Program-made: the position numbers and the translations under genes
DNA from: Promethearchaeota archaeon
Lineage (GTDB): Archaea; Asgardarchaeota; Lokiarchaeia; Sigyniarchaeales; SOKP01
DNA: 26,528 nucleotides
Assembly: GCA_048941265.1 (NCBI GenBank)
Contig: JBHLNT010000047.1
Coordinates: forward strand, 1 to 26,528
Direction of reading: 5' to 3'
The notes under the pieces: generated by a model
What the model was told of the DNA's origin: nothing
Databases searched by the model: none
The model's input: only the letters and a program-made list of their open reading frames with translations
Shown here: in pieces, positions 1 through 8,599 of the stretch
Layout of the letters: each line of letters starts with the position of its first letter
How positions within the stretch are numbered: position 1 is the first letter of the stretch

Positions 1-423
1 TGCTTGATCAGAATCACTTATAACTTCTCCAAAAATAGTATGTGCATTATTAAGCCAATCTGTAATTATGTGAGTAATAAAAAATTGAGATCCATTCGTA
101 TTCGGTCCAGCATTAGCCATAGCCAAAAGCCCTGGTTTATCAAAAACTCTTCCACTCTGAAATTCATCCGCAAATGGATAACTTATCTGTTGCCCTTTAT
201 ATGGAAAAGAAGTAATCCCTTTCTGTTTAGGTCCACCTCGTCCAGTTCCAGTAGGGTCTCCTCCCTGTATCATAAAATTATCTATAACCCTATGAAAGAT
301 AATTCCATTATAAAATCCTTGGTTTGCTAAAAATAAAAAGCTCGCAACCGTCATTGGTGCATCTTCATCAAATAAATTAAGATTAATATTACCTCGATTG
401 GTAACAATAACAATTTTAGTCAT
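1..423 (-). CDS. Cyclophilin-type peptidyl-prolyl cis-trans isomerase (3' end runs off the window)
   Basis: Not in the ORF track. Manual translation from ATG at 423 gives MTKIVIVTNRGNINLNLFDEDAPMTV...FYNGIIFHRVIDNFMIQGGDPTGTGRGG...GLLAMANAGPNTNGSQFFITH...WLNNAHTIFGEV, which contains the canonical cyclophilin motifs. The frame stays open to base 1. Confidence 0.96.
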   Translation of the reverse strand, partial: MTKIVIVTNRGNINLNLFDEDAPMTVASFLFLANQGFYNGIIFHRVIDNFMIQGGDPTGTGRGGPKQKGITSFPYKGQQISYPFADEFQSGRVFDKPGLLAMANAGPNTNGSQFFITHIITDWLNNAHTIFGEVISDSDQA

Positions 424-580
424 AGTTTAGGATAATCATGTTTTTACTTAAAATCTTTATCATTCAATATTGATAAATCAGAACTTTTATCTTACATAAA
501 ATTAGTGCAAACTTTAAAAATAATTGCAATAATTCCATTATATAATATTTATAAAAATCTACTTAAATACAGATTAAAAC

Positions 581-2761
581 ATGATAGTTAATCATGATCT
601 CGATTATTTCTTTAATCCTAAATCATTGGCGATTATAGGCGCTAGTGAGAGTGAAGGAAAAGTTGGTCATACGGTTTTAAATAATATTATTACATCAGGT
701 TATCAAGGAAAAATTTATCCTATCAATCCTAAAGGAGGCACTATTTTAGGGTTAAATGTATATGAATCTGTATTAAGTGTACCAAATCCGATTGATGTAG
801 CGATCTTTGTTATTCCTAGTAAATTTGTGACTTACATGGCAGAAGAATGCGGTAAAAAAGGTGTCAAAGGATTAATTATTATTTCTGCTGGTTTTAAAGA
901 AATTGGAGGAGAAGGTATTAAGCGGGAAGAAGAGTTAATTGAAATTGCTAGGAAATATAACATGAGGATTCTTGGTCCTAACTGTTTAGGCATTATTTGC
1001 CTGAATTACAACGGATCTTTTGCCGTTGAAACCCCTAAGAAAGGTAATATCGCCATGATCTCGCAATCAGGAGCAATGCTTACTGGAATGATGGATTATT
1101 CTATGGATCAAGCATTTGGATTTTCTGTTAATGTGAGTCTAGGGAATAAAGCTGATTTTGGCGCAGTTGATTTTATTGAATATTTAGCAAATGATGATAA
1201 TACAAAAGTTATATTATGTTATTTAGAAAGTATAAAGGATGGAGAAAGATTTTTAGAAGTAGTATCTAAAGCCACGAGAAAAAAGCCCGTTATAATTATT
1301 AAATCTGGAATAAGTGAAGCAGGTGCAAGAGCGGCTTCAAGCCATACTGGAGCATTGGCGGGCGCAGATATAGCCTACGAATTGGCATTTGAAAAGACCA
1401 GTGTCATACGAGCTAAAACGATAGAAGATTTATTTGATTTTGGTGAGATGTTCCTTTACCAACCCATTCCTAAAGAAAATTCATTCGCAATAATAACAAA
1501 CGCAGGAGGACCAGGGATCGTGGCAACGGATGCCTTTGAACGGGAAAATCTAAAATTTGCTCAATTTAATGAAAGAATGCTTCATGCATTAAGAGATAAT
1601 TTACCAGTTGAGGCATCAATTTTTAATCCTGTTGATATTGTTGGTGATGCAACACCAAAAAGATATGAATTTACTATAAAAACTGTTTTCGGTTTGAATT
1701 CCTCTAATTCAGATGCACATATTGAAGAAAATCAAATAAATACCCAAGGAGCTTTAATAATAGTCACTCCACAAGCTCAAACTAAACCAACAGAAGTTGC
1801 CAAGTTAATATGTAGAATTTCCTCAGAAAGTTTAGTTGATAAACCAGTTGTATGTTCGTTTATTGGAGGAAAATCCATTGCAGAGGGAAGAAAGTATTTA
1901 AAAGATAATCATATTCCTTGCTATGATTTTCCAGACAGGGCAGCACATTGTCTTAAAACTCTGATTCAATACCGTGAATTTTTACAAAAAGAACCATTAG
2001 AGGATATAAAAATTCCTGTATTTAGTGTGAATTCAGAAAGAGTAAGAGAGATATTTCAAATTGCGAAGGAAGATGGCAGAACAGTTCTTTTGAGTTATGA
2101 GACAAGTGAGATTTTTAATTGTTATGGCATAAATTCTCCAAAATCAAGATTAGCCCGAACTCCAAGAGAGGCAATGATGTTACAAGAAGAAATTGCACAA
2201 AAAACAGGGAAAACAGTTATGAAAATAGTTAGCCCTCAAATCATTCACAAAACTGATGTCGGAGGAATAATTTTAAATATTATTACACCACAAGATGCCT
2301 TTGAAGCTTATATTCAAATTATAGATAGTGTTAAAAAATTTGGCAGCGGTCTTGCTAAAATCTATGGAGTAGAGATTCAAGAAATGATTGATTTTAAAGC
2401 TGAAGTGAAAGTTAATGAATTAATTGTAGGAGTATCGAGAGATCCTCAATTTGGTCCCATGTTAATGATAGGAAGTGGAGGTATTTATGCTAACTTCTTA
2501 AAATATGTATCTTTTGCGTTGGCATATAAATTTACTAAGGAAAATTCAAAAGAGATGCTCAAGAACACTAAAATATATAGTTTACTTGAAGGAGTTAGAG
2601 GAGAAAGCAGATCAGATATCGAGGCAATTATAGATGTATTATTAAGGCTTTCTCAATTAGTCAACGATTTTCCTGAGATCGTTGAGCTTGATATTAATCC
2701 GCTCTTATCATTTATCAAAGGATATAGTGCGGTAGATATAAAAATTACAATTGCACGTTGA
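581..2761 (+). CDS. ADP-forming acetate/acyl-CoA ligase, fused alpha (CoA-binding) and beta (ATP-grasp) subunits
   Basis: FFNPKSLAIIGAS, GPNCLG, SQSGA, SLGNKAD, catalytic His in SSHTGALAG, TNAGGPG, NPVDIVGDA; beta-part HKTDVGG, DPQFGP, ELDINP. Confidence 0.93.
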   Translation: MIVNHDLDYFFNPKSLAIIGASESEGKVGHTVLNNIITSGYQGKIYPINPKGGTILGLNVYESVLSVPNPIDVAIFVIPSKFVTYMAEECGKKGVKGLIIISAGFKEIGGEGIKREEELIEIARKYNMRILGPNCLGIICLNYNGSFAVETPKKGNIAMISQSGAMLTGMMDYSMDQAFGFSVNVSLGNKADFGAVDFIEYLANDDNTKVILCYLESIKDGERFLEVVSKATRKKPVIIIKSGISEAGARAASSHTGALAGADIAYELAFEKTSVIRAKTIEDLFDFGEMFLYQPIPKENSFAIITNAGGPGIVATDAFERENLKFAQFNERMLHALRDNLPVEASIFNPVDIVGDATPKRYEFTIKTVFGLNSSNSDAHIEENQINTQGALIIVTPQAQTKPTEVAKLICRISSESLVDKPVVCSFIGGKSIAEGRKYLKDNHIPCYDFPDRAAHCLKTLIQYREFLQKEPLEDIKIPVFSVNSERVREIFQIAKEDGRTVLLSYETSEIFNCYGINSPKSRLARTPREAMMLQEEIAQKTGKTVMKIVSPQIIHKTDVGGIILNIITPQDAFEAYIQIIDSVKKFGSGLAKIYGVEIQEMIDFKAEVKVNELIVGVSRDPQFGPMLMIGSGGIYANFLKYVSFALAYKFTKENSKEMLKNTKIYSLLEGVRGESRSDIEAIIDVLLRLSQLVNDFPEIVELDINPLLSFIKGYSAVDIKITIAR

Positions 2762-2841
2762 TAAACATAAAAAAAAATAAAATTAAAAAATAAACAAATA
2801 AAATTAAATTTGAAAGATATAAACAAATAAATGATGAAAAT

Positions 2842-3906
2842 ATGGTTAAACCAATATATTTATGTTCTTTAAGAGAAAGGGTTGGAAAAAGCCTCATCTC
2901 TTTAGGAATAATGCAAAAATTGCAAAACGATGGTAAAAATGTCGCTTATTTCAAACCAATTGGGATTTCGAAAAGTGCCTTTTCTCAAAAAGCAGACCCG
3001 GATGTAGGCTTTATCTTAAATACAATCTTTACGACTTCAAAACCATATGATGTTATCTCGCCGGTATCGATACCAGACTGTTATTATGTTGACTTAATTG
3101 ATGCAATAAAAAAAGATGAATATTTGGTTAAAATAAAATCAGCTTATGAAAATATTTCGAAAGACATGGAATATATAATAATAGAAGGCTCTCCAAGTAT
3201 AAGAAAATTCATTAGAGTCGGTTTGGATGATCTTAGTATTGCCCAAGCTATCGGAATCAGTGAATTAATATACATAGAAAAGGAATCGTCCGATAAATGC
3301 ATAGATAATTTATTCTTTACCAAAAAATATTTTGATTTCAGAGGGGTCAATTTTAAAGGAGTTATATTCAATAGTATAGATTATGATTATGTCGCAAGAA
3401 TCAAAGAACTGGAAGAAAACCATATTAAAAGATATAACATCCCTGTTGCTGGTATTATTGAAAAAAGTATAGAATTATTTTCACCTAGAGTTTCTGAAGT
3501 ATTGGAAGCAATAGGGGGCGAATTAATCAATGAGAGCTCATCATCTGGTTTAAACAATCGAGTAGAAACATATATTATAGGAGCTATGAGCGCTCAAGCT
3601 GCTTTGAAATATTTACGGCAGATTAAACGTGGAGCCGTAATAACCGGTGGGGATCGAACTGACTTAGCTTTAGCGGCATTAAATGAGGATGTGTCTTGTT
3701 TAATTCTAACGGGATTTATTCAGCCTGATATTAAGCTTATAACAGCAGCCAATGAGAGAAATATCCCTTTAATCTTAAGTCCCTCAGACACCTACACAAC
3801 AATGAGAAATATGATGAGGATAAAGCCAGGAATTCAAAAAGACGAAATAAATTTAGTTCAAAAGATAGTAGAAGAAGGAATTGATTGGGAAATTTTATTG
3901 AAGTAA
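2842..3906 (+). CDS. Phosphotransacetylase N-terminal-like protein (BioD-like P-loop + DRTGG domain), no Pta catalytic domain
   Basis: VGKSLISLG, YFKPIG, IIIEG, IIGAM, VITGGDRTD, LILTG and DTYTT motifs. Directly follows the acyl-CoA ligase on the same strand. Confidence 0.88.
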   Translation: MVKPIYLCSLRERVGKSLISLGIMQKLQNDGKNVAYFKPIGISKSAFSQKADPDVGFILNTIFTTSKPYDVISPVSIPDCYYVDLIDAIKKDEYLVKIKSAYENISKDMEYIIIEGSPSIRKFIRVGLDDLSIAQAIGISELIYIEKESSDKCIDNLFFTKKYFDFRGVNFKGVIFNSIDYDYVARIKELEENHIKRYNIPVAGIIEKSIELFSPRVSEVLEAIGGELINESSSSGLNNRVETYIIGAMSAQAALKYLRQIKRGAVITGGDRTDLALAALNEDVSCLILTGFIQPDIKLITAANERNIPLILSPSDTYTTMRNMMRIKPGIQKDEINLVQKIVEEGIDWEILLK

Positions 3907-3968
3907 TATTATTTTTAATGAACTAGTTTCAGATTGAGAATATTATAAAAAATGGAAAAATATCTTTA

Positions 3969-4721
3969 TTATTTTTGAAATGACGCTTTAAATTCTTTAA
4001 ATTCTTGCAATAATGTATCCAATTTAATTTCCATTTTCTCAATTCGTTTCAATATATTTTTTATTATTTCATTGGTATTCGAACCAACTTCCTTTACTTG
4101 TTCTTCAAATAAAAATTCTGGTTTTTTAATTGGTCTGGTAGGTTTTGATACTTGTTTTGTTTTAGCTGGAGATGGTTTGATTTCTGGTTCTGGCGTCGTA
4201 TCTGAAATAACTGATTCAGCTTTAGGTTTTTGTGTTTTTTGAGATACTTTCTCAGCCTTAAATTCTGCTGTTACTTTAGATGCTTGCTCTGAGATAGTTT
4301 CAGGAACTGCTGTGGGGGCCAATTTTAATTCTCCGACCTCATCTTCATCCATTTGAAGATCTACAATAATATCATCAATAAGATTGAACTCTTTGTGTAA
4401 AATTTCTTGAAATTCTTGATTAATTGCATCGGTTTCAGCGTCTTTTCCAACTTTCCTCTGGTCTATTTCTTTTATAATTCTTGTCCTACTCCCTATAATT
4501 GTGTCTCTTGCTTTATAACCATAACCTTTAAGATTCTCTGCCTGTCTACTGGCAATTCTACGATCAACCAAACTTCTTTTATCACCATGCCATAACCATA
4601 CAGCGGGTGTTAATTCCTCTAATATTATTATCGAACGATCAGGTAGAAAAACTTCTCTATTCCATTTAATTGGCTCAATCTCACCATCCTTTAATACGTT
4701 GAACATTAATGCGTATTTCAT
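3969..4721 (-). CDS. Gelsolin-like domain protein with a P/K/E-rich linker and C-terminal coiled coil
   Basis: FLPDRSIIILEELTPAVWLWHGDKRSLVDRRIASRQAENL resembles the gelsolin-repeat core. ATG at 4721 is preferred over the upstream TTG at 4760. The C-terminus has a heptad pattern (IIKNILKRIEKMEIKLDTLLQEFKEF). Confidence 0.6.
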   Translation of the reverse strand: MKYALMFNVLKDGEIEPIKWNREVFLPDRSIIILEELTPAVWLWHGDKRSLVDRRIASRQAENLKGYGYKARDTIIGSRTRIIKEIDQRKVGKDAETDAINQEFQEILHKEFNLIDDIIVDLQMDEDEVGELKLAPTAVPETISEQASKVTAEFKAEKVSQKTQKPKAESVISDTTPEPEIKPSPAKTKQVSKPTRPIKKPEFLFEEQVKEVGSNTNEIIKNILKRIEKMEIKLDTLLQEFKEFKASFQK

Positions 4722-5093
4722 TGTATTTTTACCACTCTCAATAGTATATAATATTTTCAAAATTTTACTTAAATTATCTATTCCATATTTAAAAATTTAT
4801 TTTTATGGATAGCATGAAAAAGATGATCAATAGATAATAACATAATATTTTGCTTCAAACCCTATTAAAATTTATTTAATTTGACTTTTTAATCAAATGT
4901 AATTTTCTTTATATTTGAAAATGAAAAATTATTATAAACAGAAAAAAAATTAGATTTTTTGTAATTTTTTATCAAATAAGTAAGGAATAAGTCAACATTT
5001 GTCAATCATTATTTCCTTTTTCGACATCTTCTTTTTACTTTTTACTAGTTAGAAAAGTTATAAAATGAGAAAAAGTAAGGATTCGGTAATTGC

Positions 5094-5141
5094 ATGACTG
5101 AAAGCGGTAATATTAAATAGTAATATTACCTATTTAGTCAT
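5094..5141. promoter_or_regulatory. Extended inverted repeat / hairpin upstream of the small-protein pair
   Basis: Perfect 10-bp arms GGTAATATTA (5106-5115) and TAATATTACC (5121-5130) around a 5-nt loop, extended by outer arms ATGACTGAA / TTTAGTCAT with one G-U pair. A TATA-like TTATAAA lies at about 5058-5064. Confidence 0.55.
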
Positions 5142-5206
5142 AGAAAAGAAAGTTTTTTCAAAAAAAAGGAAAAAAAAAAGAAAATTTTTCGAGGTTTCGT
5201 ATAAAA

Positions 5207-5485
5207 ATGATAAAAAATGAACAAAAAAATGTTGATGAGATGTTTAGTTGTTATGATAATATTAGAGAATGCATTTCTGGACTTACTGAAATTTTAAATA
5301 TAAACTTCCAGGAAAATAATATATATCGGCAAATGGGAATCGACAACTTGAAAAATTTGCACGATAATGTAATTGATCTTCTAAAAAACATATGTTCACC
5401 TCGCGAAGTGAGAATCAGGCTTCGCGAAATAGAATACGATGAAAAAGAAGCCGAGAAAGACTTTCCATTCAAGCTAATGATGTAA
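5207..5485 (+). CDS. Small helical hypothetical protein, paralogue of 5745..6041
   Basis: 92-aa ORF that aligns by eye with the downstream ORF (NIxExxxGxxEIxxIN...IY...DNLxxLxxNxxDL). Confidence 0.82.
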   Translation: MIKNEQKNVDEMFSCYDNIRECISGLTEILNINFQENNIYRQMGIDNLKNLHDNVIDLLKNICSPREVRIRLREIEYDEKEAEKDFPFKLMM

Positions 5486-5744
5486 TATAACTTCTTCTTT
5501 TATATTTTATATAAGAATCATATATATACTTATAATCGAATCATGTTTTTTTTAATACAAATTTCTGTAGGTATAACTTGAGATTTTAAATCTGTGATTT
5601 TCAATCTTTTGAAATTTAAGTTTTTATTTTTTTATTCACTTACTTTTTTTCGTTATGCCAATACAAAATAGAAATTTTTAATCCAAATTTATAAACTCCA
5701 ACTTTTTTTCATTAATTGAATATAAAAAAGGTGATTAAAGGTAT

Positions 5745-6041
5745 ATGATAAAACCGAACACAACGATGGACTCAACGGATCAAGCAGTACAGAACTTTGA
5801 GAATATCAAAGAATCCTTAAAAGGAATTTATGAGATTATAAGCATAAATATCTCTCAAAATGATATTTATTTTAAGTTAGCTTCAGATAATCTTATAGGA
5901 CTTTATCATAATTTCTTAGATTTGATGTTAAATGAGAATGGAGCAAAACATATTAAGAAAAAACTTAGAAATTGTGAATTAGAGGCAGATATACCTATGG
6001 GAAATATCACGATAAATGGAACTAAAAAGCTAAATTTTTAA
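5745..6041 (+). CDS. Small helical hypothetical protein, paralogue of 5207..5485
   Basis: 98-aa ORF with a GGTGA SD-like site at about 5730 and TTTATAAA at about 5688 upstream. Shares its motif pattern with the upstream ORF. Confidence 0.82.
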   Translation: MIKPNTTMDSTDQAVQNFENIKESLKGIYEIISINISQNDIYFKLASDNLIGLYHNFLDLMLNENGAKHIKKKLRNCELEADIPMGNITINGTKKLNF

Positions 6042-6120
6042 TAAGAGAGAATTTCTAAAAAAAGAACTTTATTATAATTTTCTAACTTTTCAAGCATTTT
6101 TGAATTATAGCTAATTGGAA

Positions 6121-6747
6121 TTATTTCAATATCTTTCCTGTTTCTAAATACCATAAATACAAATCTAATTCTGCCATATTGAGATTAAGAGTATCTCCGA
6201 TATTTTTTAAAACAATTTCAATTTCTAAATATCTCTTTTTTGTCATGGTTTTTGGTTTTTTAATAAAATTATTTTTTGTTAAAATGTTTATAATATGAAA
6301 GTCTATGATCGCATAATTTTTATAGCCAATATTTCTTAAAAAATGACTAGTTTCCTTATAGCCAAGACCTTTTACATTTTTAACGATCCAATCTCTCAAT
6401 CCATTGACATCATCGTTAGTTTTAATCACTTTTTCTAGATCATCTTTATATTTCCTAGCTTCAATAATATATTCTGAACGAATATTAGGGAATCTATATC
6501 CTAAAGTTTTAAATTTATCTGCCAATTTTTCTTGCGAAAGATTAAGAAACCCATTACGTATTCCTTCATGGATTTCAATACATTTTTCAGCTCCACAATT
6601 GGCCGTCATAATACAAAAACACATCTCTTTAAATATTTCTTCTATAGATTGGGCTCCAATATGCTCAAATTCATGGATTCGAGCATCGATTACTTGCTTT
6701 ATTTCACTATTTTTAAGATTTTCCAGTGTTTCCATTAATTCTTTCAT
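6121..6747 (-). CDS. ogg: 8-oxoguanine DNA glycosylase / AP lyase (archaeal Ogg2 family)
   Basis: EMCFCIMTAN, GYRFPNIR, HhH motif VKGLGYKETSHFLRNIG, AIIDFHI, and terminal LDLYLWYLETGKILK with the C-terminal Lys typical of Ogg2. Confidence 0.93.
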   Translation of the reverse strand: MKELMETLENLKNSEIKQVIDARIHEFEHIGAQSIEEIFKEMCFCIMTANCGAEKCIEIHEGIRNGFLNLSQEKLADKFKTLGYRFPNIRSEYIIEARKYKDDLEKVIKTNDDVNGLRDWIVKNVKGLGYKETSHFLRNIGYKNYAIIDFHIINILTKNNFIKKPKTMTKKRYLEIEIVLKNIGDTLNLNMAELDLYLWYLETGKILK

Positions 6748-6932
6748 TTTTACAATGTAATGAATGAAGATTTAAAATTAAGATTATTTCAAATAATAAG
6801 TAAATAATTAACAAAAACAGTGAGTCACATCTTAATGTAAAATTTTATTAATTTTCTAACTATTTTTAAAAATAAATTGAACAATTCATAACTTCAATTA
6901 TATCAAATTTTCATTAATGGGGAACTTAAAGC

Positions 6933-7934
6933 ATGAATTCTGAAAAAAATAAAGTAATTGTTCTTGGTTCCATCGCTTTTGATTATATTATGGGATTTGA
7001 TGAGAATTTTGTTAATGCCGTTTCGATAGATCATGAAAAAGGTGATTACCAAAGCACTGTCACCACTAGCAGTAGGATACAGCACTTTGGTGGTACAGCA
7101 GGAAATATCTGCTACAATTTAGGTTTATTAAACATTGGAAGAGTCCATGTATTTTGTTCAGTAGGGAAAGATTTTGAGAGTTTAGGTTATAAGGATCATA
7201 TGACTCGTTTTGAGAATATTGAACTCGGGGTTGATATTCAAGAAGATCTTTTCACAGCAGCTTGCTACATCGTTAACGATATTAAAGCTAATCAGATGAT
7301 TATTTTTCATGGAGGTGCGCTTGATAAATGCAAAGATATTGTCCTAAGGGAAAGAATTTCTGATCCTGAGAATTATATATATGCGATAAATTCAACTCAA
7401 AGCGTCGAAGCAATGGTAAATTTTCAAGATCAATTATATGATTTAAAAATTCCTATAATTTTTGATCCTGGTCAGGTAACTCCTCTCTATCCGAAAGATT
7501 TGTTGGCAGACGTTATTAAAAAAACAAGTATTTTGATTGGTAATCAATTTGAAATTAAGCAAATCGCTACTAAATTGGAATCCTCTATCGAAGAAATTAT
7601 AAAAGATTTAAAAGCAATTATCATAACTAAAGGTAAAGACGGTTCTCAACTAATCTATAAGGATGAACATAGGATTTATAAAATAGATATTCCTATTTGT
7701 AAGCCAAAACAACTAATTGAACCGACAGGTGCGGGGGATGGGTATAGAGCAGGAGTATTGACAGGATTATCTTTGAATATGACTTTAATAGATTCATGTC
7801 GCTTAGGTTCTGTAATTGCATCTTTTGTGGTTGAAACAAGCGGCCCCCAGACTCAATATTATCAAATTAAAGATGTAAAAATGCGTTTTTTTGAAAATTA
7901 TGGATATATTCCTCAAGAATTAGAAACTTTGTAA
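6933..7934 (+). CDS. PfkB/ribokinase-family kinase, nucleoside/adenosine kinase-like
   Basis: GSIAFDYIM, FGGTAGNI, FDPGQ, NxxE, TKGKDGS, PTGAGDGYRAG. Confidence 0.9.
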   Translation: MNSEKNKVIVLGSIAFDYIMGFDENFVNAVSIDHEKGDYQSTVTTSSRIQHFGGTAGNICYNLGLLNIGRVHVFCSVGKDFESLGYKDHMTRFENIELGVDIQEDLFTAACYIVNDIKANQMIIFHGGALDKCKDIVLRERISDPENYIYAINSTQSVEAMVNFQDQLYDLKIPIIFDPGQVTPLYPKDLLADVIKKTSILIGNQFEIKQIATKLESSIEEIIKDLKAIIITKGKDGSQLIYKDEHRIYKIDIPICKPKQLIEPTGAGDGYRAGVLTGLSLNMTLIDSCRLGSVIASFVVETSGPQTQYYQIKDVKMRFFENYGYIPQELETL

Positions 7935-8586
7935 ACTTTAAGGAATAATTTATTTAGATACATTCATGTAGTAAAATTGAGCGATATTAAAAATTTTTGA
8001 AATATTAAAATTTTTTACACACAAAATTTTTCTAACCTTTTAAGGATTCACCTCAAATGTAATAGGAATAACGTGAAAAACCGTTTTATTTATAAGCTAC
8101 GCAGATATATAATCATTTGGAGAGTTTTTATTAATCAAAATTTTTTAATATTCTTCAGTTGGGGTTAACTATTAGTAATAAAAACAATAGCTCAAAAAAT
8201 GATTTAATGGAATTCTTTAGCGATAGTTATAATACTAGTGGTATTGATGTAAAGGAATTGGCTAAAAATGAAAAAAGAAAATTAATCTCAATATTAAAAG
8301 ACGAGTTTTTAATAAGTTTACCCTAAAATTAAAAAGTATTATAGCTTATTTCTCATTGTAAATGTTTAGATAGTGTTTAGGGGCTTTCAGTTTGTTATGT
8401 AGCATTGAAGGATTTCAATATAATTTAGAAAAACTTCAAAAATTTTAGTAATCATAACGAACTTAGAAAATTTCGGAAACTATTTAAAGATATAATTGAT
8501 TATTATACAAACTTTTTTAAATTCGCTCATATTTTTAAGTTCAGATAAGAATATCGTTTTATATTACAAAGATATTATTTAATATT

Positions 8587-8593
8587 GGGGTGA
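8587..8593 (+). promoter_or_regulatory. Shine-Dalgarno-like site GGGGTGA for the APC permease
   Basis: Lies 6 nt before an in-frame ATT at 8600, the same spacing as GGGTGA-N6-ATG at the 23758 gene. Confidence 0.6.
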
Positions 8594-8599
8594 TTAAGT

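Noticed and set aside
4-330. 108-aa plus-strand ORF in the track
   Set aside because: Antisense shadow of the cyclophilin gene on the minus strand (1..423).
581-2761. Possible Pat/YfiQ-type protein acetyltransferase
   Set aside because: There is no fused GNAT domain and both phospho-accepting His motifs (SHTG, HKTD) are intact, so it is a true ligase.
2762-2841. A-rich quasi-repeat tract (AAATAAA/AAATTAAA)
   Set aside because: Low-complexity spacer without a regular unit or unique spacers; not a CRISPR array or a definable repeat.
5094-5141. Hairpin beginning with ATGA considered as a eukaryote-like SECIS element
   Set aside because: ATGA pairs Watson-Crick with TCAT instead of forming the tandem G-A quartet, and no neighbouring gene shows an in-frame TGA suggesting selenocysteine.
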